Source of the DNA: Candidatus Brennerbacteria bacterium RIFOXYC1_FULL_41_11
Lineage (GTDB): Bacteria; Patescibacteriota; Minisyncoccia; UBA6257; Brennerbacteraceae
DNA length: 64,000 nt
Direction: 5' to 3'
NCBI GenBank assembly: GCA_001817215.1
Contig: MHHX01000019.1
Coordinates: 16,302-80,301, forward strand
The position numbers were made by a program, and so were the translations under genes. Of the stretch, positions 29,589-38,019 are shown in pieces (within the stretch, counting starts at the first letter, position 1; every line of letters begins with the position of its first letter). The notes under the pieces are model-generated. The model saw only the letters and a program-made list of their open reading frames with translations, was not told the origin of the DNA and did not search any database.

Positions 29589-30377
29589 ATGGCAAAAATC
29601 TTAGCTTTTAACTGGAAGCTTAACCCGCAAGATAAAAAATTAGCAGATCAGCTTTTTTCTGTTTACGAAAAACAAGCTAAAAATCGGAAAAATTCACGAG
29701 TTATTGTTTGCCCTCCCCTTGAGTTTTTGTTTGGGTTAAGTCAATACCAGTCGCTTGCGAAAAGCCACCACCTTGATTTTGGGGCTCAAGATTGTTTTTG
29801 GGAGAATCTCGGTCCTTTCACCGGTGAGATTTCGGCCTTGAATTTAAAGCAAACCGGTGTCGATTATGTCATCCTTGGGCATTCAGAGCGTCGTATTCAC
29901 CTTGGCGAGACAGATGAGATGATCAATAAAAAAATCATCAACGCGATTGGTTCAGGATTAAAACCAATTTTGTGTATTGGTGAAGGTTTCAAAATTCACG
30001 AAAAAGGCGAAGAAACAGCTAAAAAGTTCTTGAAAAAGCAGCTTGAAGTAAGCCTGAAAAACGTCTCCTCACTTTCAGTTTCCCAGAAAAATCAGTTGAC
30101 TATTACTTATGAACCAATCTGGACTATTAGTAATAACTCCGGAAATGTTGCGGACAATCCTTCCGATGCCGCAGCCATGATTAAGTATTTGAAAGAAATT
30201 CTCGCCATTCGATACTCATTATTGAATATTAAAGTTTTATACGGTGGATCTGTAAACAGTAAGAATGTTGCCGGATTTTTGTCATATAATATTATTGACG
30301 GTTTTTTGATTGGTCGAGCGTCTCTGGATAAAGAAGAAATTAAGAAGATTATTGATGAGACGGAAAAGAGAGGATAG
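29589..30377 (+). CDS. tpiA: Triosephosphate isomerase
   Basis: FNWKLN, ILGHSERR, CIGE, YGGSV motifs. Confidence 0.85.
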   Translation: MAKILAFNWKLNPQDKKLADQLFSVYEKQAKNRKNSRVIVCPPLEFLFGLSQYQSLAKSHHLDFGAQDCFWENLGPFTGEISALNLKQTGVDYVILGHSERRIHLGETDEMINKKIINAIGSGLKPILCIGEGFKIHEKGEETAKKFLKKQLEVSLKNVSSLSVSQKNQLTITYEPIWTISNNSGNVADNPSDAAAMIKYLKEILAIRYSLLNIKVLYGGSVNSKNVAGFLSYNIIDGFLIGRASLDKEEIKKIIDETEKRG

Positions 30378-30458
30378 AATATTAAATATAAATTAATTAA
30401 CCTCAAACCAGCTTTTGTAAGTTTTGATTTTATTGAGCCAGGTGAGGATAAAAATAAA

Positions 30459-31238
30459 ATGAATACAGAAAAAATCAAAGGTATTTTACTTGCGGCCTTG
30501 GCCACGTCTCTAGTCGTGGCGACAGTTCTCGGTTCGGCAGTTGTGTTAAAACAGCTTGGTGTTTTGAAGCAGCCGACAGTGATTACAATTTCCGGATCGG
30601 GCAAGGAGTCTTATACGCCCGATAAGGCAGAGATTACTTTGTCAGTGATCACCAAGGATAAGGATTCTGGCGTGGCTCAGTCGAAGAATGACGAGAAGAT
30701 GGCAAAGATTGTTAACTATCTTAAAGATTCTGGAGTAAAAGAAGAGGATATACAAACAACTTCTTATAATCTTTACCCGGAATATGAGCAAGGCAAGGGT
30801 TTGGAGCCGTCTTCTCCCGAATACTATTATCCGAATACTTTTAAGATTATTGGCTACACTCTTGATCAGGGTCTGAGCTTTAAAATTAAGGATCTTTCAA
30901 AAGTCGGGACGATCATAGGCGGTTTGTCTGACAAGGGTATTAGCCAGATCGGCGGAGTCTACTTTTCTCTTTCCGATGAAAAGATGGAAGAGTTGAAAAC
31001 AAAGGCTAAAGAAAAAGCCGTAGCCAAGGCTCAGATCGAGCTGGAGAAAACCAAAAATCTTTATGGTTTTAAAAAATCAAAGTTAATAAGTATCAATGAT
31101 TATCCGGTTTATCCCATGCCGATCTATCGTGGCGTTGATGACTTGAAAGTTAGTAGCACGCCTGCCAATGAAGCTTCGATTCAGGTTGGCGAAGGAGAGC
31201 TCGAGGTTCAAGTGAGCTTGGTATATGAGCTTCGATAA
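30459..31238 (+). CDS. Secreted SIMPL/DUF541 (BP26/OMP28-like) protein
   Basis: Signal peptide plus ITISGSGKESYTPDKAEITLSV...EEDIQTTSYNLYPEY..., characteristic of this family. Confidence 0.6.
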   Translation: MNTEKIKGILLAALATSLVVATVLGSAVVLKQLGVLKQPTVITISGSGKESYTPDKAEITLSVITKDKDSGVAQSKNDEKMAKIVNYLKDSGVKEEDIQTTSYNLYPEYEQGKGLEPSSPEYYYPNTFKIIGYTLDQGLSFKIKDLSKVGTIIGGLSDKGISQIGGVYFSLSDEKMEELKTKAKEKAVAKAQIELEKTKNLYGFKKSKLISINDYPVYPMPIYRGVDDLKVSSTPANEASIQVGEGELEVQVSLVYELR

Positions 31239-31391
31239 AATTATCGAAGCGGAATCCTGAGCCTGTTGAAGGGCAAGTTAAAGTAATTTATTTAAATTAC
31301 TTTAATGAAGCCATGTTTAGTCCGGTGAATGTCTATTAAAATGCATAGCAAAACATCTCTTCCAAGAGATGTTTTGCTATAATAAAGTCAA

Positions 31392-32579
31392 ATGCGTAAT
31401 CTACCCAAGCAATCGTTTTTCAAAAATAAACGCGTTTTGGTCCGCGTTGATTTTAATATTGAATTAAAGAACAGAAAGGTTATTGATGATTTTGACATTT
31501 TGCGGGCGTTGAAAACAATCAAATATGTTTCGGGTCGCGCAAAATACACTTTATTGATTAGCCATCTGGGCAATCCTGGCGAAGGAGAAGGATTGAGGTC
31601 TTTGAGGCCAGTCGGTGTTCATCTGTCAGGGCTTTTGAGGAAAAAGGTTTATTTTGTCTTTGACAAGATAAAAGATTTAAAAAACAGCTTGGCGGTTTTG
31701 CCTGAAAATTCCATTGTTCTGCTTGAGAACATCAGGTTTTATTCTGGGGAATACGCTAACGGCCGTTACGTCGATTCTATGTTTTTTGCAAAAGAGCTGG
31801 CAAGTTTGGGCGATTGTTATATTAACGAGGCTTTCGGCGAGTCGCATCGTAGAGTTTCAACAGTTTCTGCGATCACAAATTTTTTGCCGAGCTTTGCCGG
31901 TTTTAACTTTCAAGATGAAATTAAACATCTGGACAAACTGAAAAGCAAACCGCTAAAGCCGCTTGCCCTGATTCTTGGCGGTGCGAAAATGAAAACAAAA
32001 TTGCCCTTGATAAAGAGTTTTATAAAAAAAGCTGATTACATTCTGCTTGGTGGCGCCATTGCCAATACATTTTTGAAAGCTAGGGGTTTTGAGATCGGTA
32101 AGTCTTTGTATGAAAAAAAGTTTGTTAATGAAGCCAAAAAGCTTTTAAAACACAAAAACATTATTTTGCCGACTGATTATATTGTTGCGATGTCATTAAA
32201 AAGTAAGGTTAGCCATGTTTTTAAAACCACTGATCGTCAGTCATCGACCGCTGGTCGTATTCTGGACATTGGCCCTGAGTCATTAAAGCAGTTCAGGGAA
32301 ATTATCAAGTCTGCGCGAACAATTATCTGGAATGGTCCAATGGGATATTATGAAAATCAGGTTTTTGCCAAAAGCACCAAGGCCGTGGCCAAAGAGATTT
32401 TTGTCAATAAAAGAGCTTTCAAAGTCATTGGTGGAGGAGATTCTACCGCGTTTTTGAAAAACTCAAAACTCAAAAATCAAAAATCAAAAATCCCCAATTT
32501 ATTCATTTCCACTGGCGGAGGATCGATGCTGGAGTATTTGGCGGGGAAGAATTTACCCGGGGTTAAAGTGTTGAGCTAA
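31392..32579 (+). CDS. pgk: Phosphoglycerate kinase
   Basis: VLVRVDFNIEL... N-terminus, GGGDS-like and GGGSMLEYL motifs; 395 aa. Confidence 0.85.
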   Translation: MRNLPKQSFFKNKRVLVRVDFNIELKNRKVIDDFDILRALKTIKYVSGRAKYTLLISHLGNPGEGEGLRSLRPVGVHLSGLLRKKVYFVFDKIKDLKNSLAVLPENSIVLLENIRFYSGEYANGRYVDSMFFAKELASLGDCYINEAFGESHRRVSTVSAITNFLPSFAGFNFQDEIKHLDKLKSKPLKPLALILGGAKMKTKLPLIKSFIKKADYILLGGAIANTFLKARGFEIGKSLYEKKFVNEAKKLLKHKNIILPTDYIVAMSLKSKVSHVFKTTDRQSSTAGRILDIGPESLKQFREIIKSARTIIWNGPMGYYENQVFAKSTKAVAKEIFVNKRAFKVIGGGDSTAFLKNSKLKNQKSKIPNLFISTGGGSMLEYLAGKNLPGVKVLS

Positions 32580-32590
32580 TTATTTTTCTC

Positions 32591-33016
32591 ATGGATAAAG
32601 TTATTATTTTTACTGATGGTGCGTCGAAGGGCAATCCCGGCGAGGCTTCAATCGGTGTCGTGATTGAGCTAGATAAAAATAATCTGAAAGAATATTCGCA
32701 GTATCTTAGCAAGGCCACGAACAATGAAGCAGAGTATCAAGCCATGATTTTCGCTTTTAAAAAGCTCAAAGCCTTACTCGGTAAAGAAAAAGCCAAAAAA
32801 ACGCAGGTTTTGCTTAAAAGCGACAGTCAGTTAATTACCAGTCAGTTGAGAGGCGAGTTTGAGGTTAAAGAACCTGAGTTTTTCCCGTTGTTTATTAAGA
32901 TCTGGAATTTAAGACAGAGTTTTGCCAAAGTTGAGTTTGAAACAATTCCGAGAGAAAAAAACAAACTGGCAGACGAGCTGGCAAACTCGGTTTTCCGTCA
33001 AAATAAACTGTTTTAA
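32591..33016 (+). CDS. rnhA: RNase H (type I-like)
   Basis: IIFTDGASKGNPG...NNEAEYQAMIFAF...LKSDSQLI... catalytic D/E/D pattern. Confidence 0.7.
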   Translation: MDKVIIFTDGASKGNPGEASIGVVIELDKNNLKEYSQYLSKATNNEAEYQAMIFAFKKLKALLGKEKAKKTQVLLKSDSQLITSQLRGEFEVKEPEFFPLFIKIWNLRQSFAKVEFETIPREKNKLADELANSVFRQNKLF

Positions 33017-33110
33017 CCTTGCTTTTTGAGCGTATTTGTTCTATACTTGGGTGCTGCGTAGGCAGTATTTTTTAAGCGAGAATAGAAAAAAATTCATAAT
33101 CTTTAGAAGA

Positions 33111-33836
33111 ATGGATCAAGATAACCAATTAATCGCGCAGTTTTTAGACAAGGGTCTCCACTGGGGTGTGCGTCGATCTTTTATTCATCCAAAAATGAAG
33201 CCTTTTGTTTTTACTTACAAGGGCGATCTGGCAGTCATAAATCTTCAGAAAAGCGCCGATCTCTGGGATAAGACTTTTAAGTCTTTATCGGATTTAATTT
33301 CTCAGGGCAAAAGCATTTTGTTTGTTGCTACCCAGCCGGCAGCCGAAGCGATTGTAAAAAAATACGGTCAGGAATTTGGTTTTCCGTATATTACAACCCG
33401 ATGGCTTGGGGGCACGATCACCAATTTCGAAACTTTCAAAAAGAGGTTAGAGCACCTCAAAGGACTTGATGCCAAGGTTGCTTCTTCCGATATTGAAAAA
33501 TATACCAAGAAAGAAAAAGGGTTGATGCAGAAGGAAGCAGATGAAATCAGAAAAAAGTTCGACGGGTTGGTGAAGATGACAACCTTTCCGGATGCAATCT
33601 TTGTTTTTTGCGGAAAGAAGCATAGTACAGCTTTGAAAGAGGCTCAGAGAAAAAATATGAAAGTTTTTGGTATCTTTGGACTTGAGGATAATCCAGAAGA
33701 GGCGACCGAGTTTGTGCCTTTGAATGATAACGTGAGAATTGGTATTGAGTTTGTGATGGAAACCGTCGCGGAGCTTTATCGGAAACTTCAATCCAAAGAA
33801 GTCGATAGTGGCAAGGCTTTAGTTGCCGAATCTTAG
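33111..33836 (+). CDS. rpsB: Ribosomal protein S2
   Basis: ...LDKGLHWGVRRSFIHPKMKPFVF... S2 family. Start trimmed to the ATG at 33111; the upstream 25 codons are non-conserved. Confidence 0.85.
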   Translation: MDQDNQLIAQFLDKGLHWGVRRSFIHPKMKPFVFTYKGDLAVINLQKSADLWDKTFKSLSDLISQGKSILFVATQPAAEAIVKKYGQEFGFPYITTRWLGGTITNFETFKKRLEHLKGLDAKVASSDIEKYTKKEKGLMQKEADEIRKKFDGLVKMTTFPDAIFVFCGKKHSTALKEAQRKNMKVFGIFGLEDNPEEATEFVPLNDNVRIGIEFVMETVAELYRKLQSKEVDSGKALVAES

Positions 33837-33945
33837 CCAAATTTTTTCGTTCCTTTTTTCGGTTTATTTTTTGACACTTGAAATTGGAAATTTCTTTTCT
33901 GATCCAGTCTTTGGCTTTTGAATTTTAAATTTTTAACTTAATATT

Positions 33946-34542
33946 ATGTATAAACCCACGACTGACGAAATCAAGAAACTTCGCGAAACAACATTCGCGC
34001 CGATGATTCAGTGCAAAGAGGCTTTGGTTACAACCGAAGGGGATTTTAAGAAAGCGATTACTTGGCTTAATGAAAAAGGGTTGATTAAAGCAGCTTCAAA
34101 GTCAGAGAGAATAACTGGTGCCGGCGTTATAGACGCCTATATTCACAATGGCGCTCAGGTTGGTGTACTTTTGGATCTGCGTTGTGAAACAGATTTTGTC
34201 GCCAAGAATGAAGAGTTCAAAAAATTGAGTCACGATCTTTGTTTACAGATCGCATCAATGAATCCTTTGTGGGTGTCGCAAGAAGATGTGCCAAGCGAGG
34301 TCGTGTCTGAAAAAAAAGTGATATGGGAAAAAGAGCTTCGTGAGCAAGAAAAATCTGAGAATATGTTTGAAAAGATTATTCAGGGCAAGCTTGATGGATT
34401 TTACAAAGAAAATTGTCTGTTGAGCCAGATTTATTTCCGAGATGAAGAAGGTAAGCTGACAATCAAGAATCTTATTGGTCAGACGATCGCCAAAACCGGA
34501 GAAAACGTTAAAGTGGCTAATTTCACAAGGTTTTCTATATGA
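33946..34542 (+). CDS. tsf: Elongation factor Ts
   Basis: ...IKKLRETTFAPMIQCKEAL... UBA-like N-terminus plus dimerisation domain; follows rpsB. Confidence 0.85.
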   Translation: MYKPTTDEIKKLRETTFAPMIQCKEALVTTEGDFKKAITWLNEKGLIKAASKSERITGAGVIDAYIHNGAQVGVLLDLRCETDFVAKNEEFKKLSHDLCLQIASMNPLWVSQEDVPSEVVSEKKVIWEKELREQEKSENMFEKIIQGKLDGFYKENCLLSQIYFRDEEGKLTIKNLIGQTIAKTGENVKVANFTRFSI

Positions 34543-35171
34543 TTTGGGAAGTGCTTCCCCTGATTTTAATATTTTTAGGGTTTGGCAGCGCCCTGATTTT
34601 TTTGGTGAAAAAATCAGAGTCAATTTCTGATGAAGAAGTAAACAAGACCCTCGATAATATCAAGTTGGTTAAGCTGATAAAGATTTTTTATCATCAAAAA
34701 ATCAAGCCGAAACTTCAATCACGCGTGATTGAAGAAAAAACCCTTCTCTTTGTTGAGAAAGAGTTGCGTTGGTTAAGGATTTTAGCCTTGAAGCTGGAAA
34801 ATTGGCTGACTAAACAAATCGACGGCGTTAAAAACTTGCGGGTTAAACCGGAAGCAGATCCGTTATACTGGCTTTCGGTCAGGCGAGATGCTTTAGAGAA
34901 GAAAATCAACGAGGTATTTCAGTTCAGTTTTAATGCCAAATACGATCCTTTTAAAGAAGAAGAGAAGTTGGTAAAGAAGGGTATCGAAGATATTAATGAA
35001 TGGTTGAAAATCGTCAAGTTTCATCTTGAAAGAGACGATATTTCAGAGGCCCGCAGGCTGATTATCCGTTGCTGGAAGATTAATCCTGACGATGAAAAAC
35101 TCAAGCTTTTGCTTGAAAGGTTTCACCTGAGTCTTGAAGAAGACCAGTTGAAAGAGGAAAAACAGAGCTAG
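34539..35171 (+). CDS. Hypothetical N-terminally anchored protein, helical/TPR-like, translationally coupled to tsf
   Basis: N-terminal TM LPLILIFLGFGSALIFLV; 4-nt overlap with the tsf stop. Confidence 0.4.
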   Translation: MIWEVLPLILIFLGFGSALIFLVKKSESISDEEVNKTLDNIKLVKLIKIFYHQKIKPKLQSRVIEEKTLLFVEKELRWLRILALKLENWLTKQIDGVKNLRVKPEADPLYWLSVRRDALEKKINEVFQFSFNAKYDPFKEEEKLVKKGIEDINEWLKIVKFHLERDDISEARRLIIRCWKINPDDEKLKLLLERFHLSLEEDQLKEEKQS

Positions 35172-35211
35172 TTTGTTATAATTCAACTCGGCTTGATATA
35201 ATAAAATGCAT

Positions 35212-35295
35212 GCTGGGATGGTAGAGCGGTCAATTACAAGAGACTGTAAATCTCTCGCCCTTAGGGCTACGCAGGTTCGAATCCTGCTCCCAGCA
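35212..35295 (+). tRNA. tRNA-Tyr (anticodon GTA) with a long variable arm
   Basis: Acceptor GCTGGGA/TCCCAGC, anticodon stem AGAGA/TCTCT with loop CUGUAAA, variable-arm hairpin GCCC-TTA-GGGC, T arm GCAGG-TTCGAAT-CCTGC. Confidence 0.8.
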
Positions 35296-35338
35296 CTCTG
35301 ACTCGCAGGGGCCTTACTCGCTCGGTGCGAGTACTAGA

Positions 35339-35406
35339 GGCCCTATCGTCTAGCCCGGTCTAGTCATGCCAGCGGCAGATCCGCCTTTGGCGGAGACATC
35401 GCCCCT
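35339..35406 (+). other. Degenerate tRNA-Glu-like 5-prime fragment (pseudo-tRNA) fused to a GC-rich hairpin
   Basis: GGCCCTATCGTCTAGCCCGGTCTAG matches the first 25 nt of the downstream tRNA-Glu (GGCGCTATCGTCTAGCCCGGTCCAG) at 22/25, but no anticodon or T arm follows; instead CCGCC-TTT-GGCGG. Confidence 0.4.
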
Positions 35407-35446
35407 TTCACCTGTCAAAATTTTAATTAAAATTGAGTTATCTCAT

Positions 35447-35521
35447 GGCGCTATCGTCTAGCCCGGTCCAGGACGCTGCCCTCTCACGGCAGAAACACGA
35501 GTTCAAATCTCGTTAGCGCTA
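35447..35521 (+). tRNA. tRNA-Glu (anticodon CTC)
   Basis: Acceptor GGCGCTA/TAGCGCT, D arm GTC-TAGCCCGGTCCAG-GAC (E. coli tRNA-Glu-like), anticodon stem CTGCC/GGCAG with loop CUCUCAC, T arm ACGAG-TTCAAAT-CTCGT. Confidence 0.8.
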
Positions 35522-35605
35522 CATGGTTAAAAATTAGGTGGGCGAGCGGCGAATCCGCCAGCTGGCGCACAAGTCCCGTTAGGGCTACTTGACAAAGAAT
35601 CAGTA

Positions 35606-35940
35606 TTTGCTATAATATAAATACAATTTATATAAAACATCCCACGGAACCTTAGGCGAAGTGGGGAAGTGGAGTCACGATCCATGATGTTGCCTCGCAA
35701 AATCGGGGACGGAAGCTGAACCGTAATTAATCCAGCAAGCGGTGTCACTGTAGATTACAACTGGCGTTTACGCTGAGCGTAGTCGAAGCGCGGAGCCGAC
35801 CAAAGAGCCATGACTTTTAATGGAGTTATGGAATGAGGATGGGACCGCGGGAGGTCTCTTTTTTTATAGTCTCTCGTTCCTTGCTTACTACTTTTGTAGT
35901 AATTGAGGAACGAGAGGTTTTTTGATTCTTCGCGGAGTGA
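35606..35940 (+). ncRNA. Candidate structured non-coding RNA of unknown family: a promoter-like TATAAT followed about 320 nt later by two tandem intrinsic terminators
   Basis: TTGCTATAAT at about 35604-35614. No ORF of 60 aa or more on this strand. Terminator hairpin CCTCTCGTTCC...GGAACGAGAGG + TTTTTT at about 35868-35935. Internal repeats of GAGCGTAG and GTAGTCGAAG. Confidence 0.3.
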
Positions 35941-36105
35941 AGAATCAACCCTGAGCGTAGGTAGCCACGCTTGGCGTGGCGTAGTCGAAGGGTGTTTACC
36001 TTTCGTAGAAGGAGGCGTTGATGAGTAAAATACATCGCGCATTTGGAGGGTCTGGCCCTCACGGTTTTCGTCGGGAAAGATTTGATCAGTCTTTCCCGAT
36101 GTGAT

Positions 36106-36180
36106 GGTCTCTGTAGCTCAATAGTAGAGCGTTGCTCTGTGAAAGCAATGGCTGGGGGTGCAAATCCCCTCAGAGACCCA
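36106..36180 (+). tRNA. tRNA-His (anticodon GTG) with an encoded G-1
   Basis: G-1 before acceptor GTCTCTG/CAGAGAC, discriminator C, D arm GCTC/GAGC, anticodon stem TTGCT/AGCAA with loop CUGUGAA, T arm GGGGG-TGCAAAT-CCCCT. Confidence 0.8.
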
Positions 36181-36305
36181 AAATGCAAACTGCTTTGCAT
36201 TTTATGGGATTTGCAAGCCGGAGTGATATTTAACTTGCGTATGGCAAGTTAAATCACGAGGCGGGATCGCGGCAAAATTTTCGGAAGAAAATTTTAGCTG
36301 TGACC

Positions 36306-36324
36306 AAATCCCCTCAGAGACCCT
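36306..36324 (+). repeat. 19-nt perfect direct repeat of the tRNA-His 3-prime end (CAAATCCCCTCAGAGACCC)
   Basis: Identical to 36160-36178; the two copies sit 146 bp apart, like attL/attR cores. Confidence 0.7.
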
Positions 36325-36519
36325 GGGCTGTGGATGTTTTATTTTTCTGCCGGCTTCGCCCCGTTTTACGGGGCTCGTCAACTTACTCCAGCGGTAAGTT
36401 GTGGCCTGTTCTCTCGCCTCGACGGCCCTTCGACTGCGCTCAGGGACCAAGCCCGTCGGGGTTCCGAGAACCAGAAAAACAAAACATCCACAAATCCTAT
36501 TAAACAAAAAATAAAAGAA

Positions 36520-37440
36520 ATGAGCTACAAAAACAAAAAATTGAAGAAGGTCAGATTTAATCAACTCAAAAGGTCGATCGGGTTGATTAAAATTGCTCTT
36601 TGGAAAAAAATCAAAGTTCTTTTGCCGAAAAGAAAGGAGACAGCCGTGTTGAAACAAACAGTTTTTCTGATGCAGGATTTGAGACTGTTGGCTGAACGAG
36701 TCAGGGAGAATAACAAGAAAATTCAAACCTGGGTTGATAAGTATATTGAGGAATGTATTTTGGTTGGTAAACCGGTACAGATCTTGACTCAGTGGTGTTT
36801 TTCGCTTGACTTTGAGGTAAGGTTGCAAAAACAAGGTGGGAAGTTTGCGCCGACAAAAACAGAGCGAGAACTGGTTTTCAAATGGTTCCCGACTGTTCTG
36901 GAGGTTTTCGAAAAGAGGAATGTGCCAATCAATTGGATTGTTACTTTCAATCGATCCTATCTCGACAGCGGCAGGCTGGAACCAGAGACAGAAAGGGCTT
37001 ATCAGGAGATGGTTCAGGGATTGTTTGATGAGGCTGGTTTATCCAGCAAGATTCTTCTTTGTAATTGGGAAGACGATGTTCTTCTGAAAAAACCGGAGCC
37101 AGATAAAAATGTTCTTGAGAATCTGGGAGAATTTTTGGTTCCAGCCGCACTCCAAATTGTTTTTAATCAACACAAGAGCTGGGCCCTGGGAGAAGCCGGG
37201 CTCAAGCAAGCAGATGAAGAACTGTGGCAGGACGTGAAGTTCCAGATTGCTTGTGAAGCTGAAGAAGGCAGGTTCCTTTGCGATTCGGAAGAATCGCCGT
37301 TGAGTGAAGGCAAGTTCATCCTGGTTCCCTTGGAAGTCGCCGAGAGGTATAATCCAACGTTCTTAATTCTTAATCCTGAATTTGAGGAAAGGATTGCTTC
37401 GTTGTTGCCGCCATATCCTTGGCGTATGACTGAAGAATAA
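36520..37440 (+). CDS. Hypothetical protein, 306 aa, no recognisable motifs
   Basis: Start trimmed to the ATG at 36520 (MSYKNKK). The ORF-track N-terminal extension runs through a GC-rich hairpin region and is unlikely to be coding. A strong terminator follows the stop. Confidence 0.5.
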   Translation: MSYKNKKLKKVRFNQLKRSIGLIKIALWKKIKVLLPKRKETAVLKQTVFLMQDLRLLAERVRENNKKIQTWVDKYIEECILVGKPVQILTQWCFSLDFEVRLQKQGGKFAPTKTERELVFKWFPTVLEVFEKRNVPINWIVTFNRSYLDSGRLEPETERAYQEMVQGLFDEAGLSSKILLCNWEDDVLLKKPEPDKNVLENLGEFLVPAALQIVFNQHKSWALGEAGLKQADEELWQDVKFQIACEAEEGRFLCDSEESPLSEGKFILVPLEVAERYNPTFLILNPEFEERIASLLPPYPWRMTEE

Positions 37441-37443
37441 TAT

Positions 37444-37537
37444 AAAAAACCGCCCAAAAGGGCGGTTTTTTACTGCCTTGAAAAAACAACGCCGGTTATT
37501 TTCTCAAGGCACGGGGGTAAGGAGGAAATCCCCCGTG
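37444..37537. terminator. Intrinsic terminator followed by two further stable hairpins
   Basis: AAAAAACCGCCC-aaaa-GGGCGGTTTTTT; then CCTTGAGAAAATAACCGGCG-type hairpin (37475-37508) and CACGGGGG-taaggaggaaat-CCCCCGTG (37510-37537). Confidence 0.7.
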
Positions 37538-37607
37538 CGCATGTAAAGAGCTGTTTTCAATTATAGCATACTTTTAGCCCTTTTCTTGGTGATATAATAC
37601 ATGAAAT

Positions 37608-37925
37608 ATGAAATACTTAATTGTCCTGGCATTTTTAATGAATTTTGTTTCCTGGGGAATGATTTTTTACTTTGTGCCCGAAGTGAACTTTCCTTTTATT
37701 GTGAAGTACAATATTTCTGCCGGTAAAGATATTTTCGGAACAAAGCTTTCGCTGTTCAGCTTGCCGGCAATGGGATTGCTAATTTTGGTGATCAATGCTA
37801 TATTGGCCCTATCATTGATTAAGATTAACAAAGAGTTGTCGACGCTCATTCTTGGAATGACGTGTTTTTTTGAAATTTTGATCGGTCTTTACGCGTGGAT
37901 AACGATATTTATCAACACTTATTAA
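37608..37925 (+). CDS. Small membrane protein (3 TM), hypothetical
   Basis: 105 aa, three hydrophobic helices. Confidence 0.4.
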   Translation: MKYLIVLAFLMNFVSWGMIFYFVPEVNFPFIVKYNISAGKDIFGTKLSLFSLPAMGLLILVINAILALSLIKINKELSTLILGMTCFFEILIGLYAWITIFINTY

Positions 37926-38019
37926 GCGGGGTCAAGGGTTGGAAAATAAAATTCTCCGCCAGGGGCGGATCCACCTCTTGAGGAAAAGTTCAAAACCAGA
38001 AAAAAGAAAAACAAAACAT

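Noticed and set aside
32455-32500. Tandem short repeat aaaactcaaaactcaaaaatcaaaaatcaaaaatcc as a CRISPR or VNTR
   Set aside because: Lies inside pgk and encodes KNSKLKNQKSKIPN. The units are 5-6 nt, with no spacer architecture. It is simple low-complexity coding sequence.
35606-35940. Assigning the structured transcript to tmRNA, RNase P RNA or SRP RNA
   Set aside because: No tRNA-like T-loop (GGTTCGA/TTCAAAT) or tag-peptide frame for tmRNA, no GGAAAGUCC P4 motif for RNase P, and no GGAAGGAAGCAGC-type domain IV for SRP RNA could be found by eye. Left as an unassigned ncRNA candidate.
36010-36103. Calling the 30-aa SD-led ORF ribosomal protein L34 because of its HGFR motif
   Set aside because: Apart from HGFR, the peptide is not basic and lacks the K/R-rich L34 pattern. 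The similarity is probably coincidental.
35527-36200. Three overlapping minus-strand ORFs (35527-35748, 35755-36042, 35826-36200)
   Set aside because: They overlap the tRNA-His gene, intrinsic terminators and the structured non-coding region. Composition and hairpins argue for RNA, not protein.
36334-36519. N-terminal 62-codon extension of the 36334-37440 ORF
   Set aside because: The extension is translated straight through a GC-rich hairpin-dense stretch and the tRNA-His repeat. The plausible start is the ATG at 36520 (MSYKNKK).
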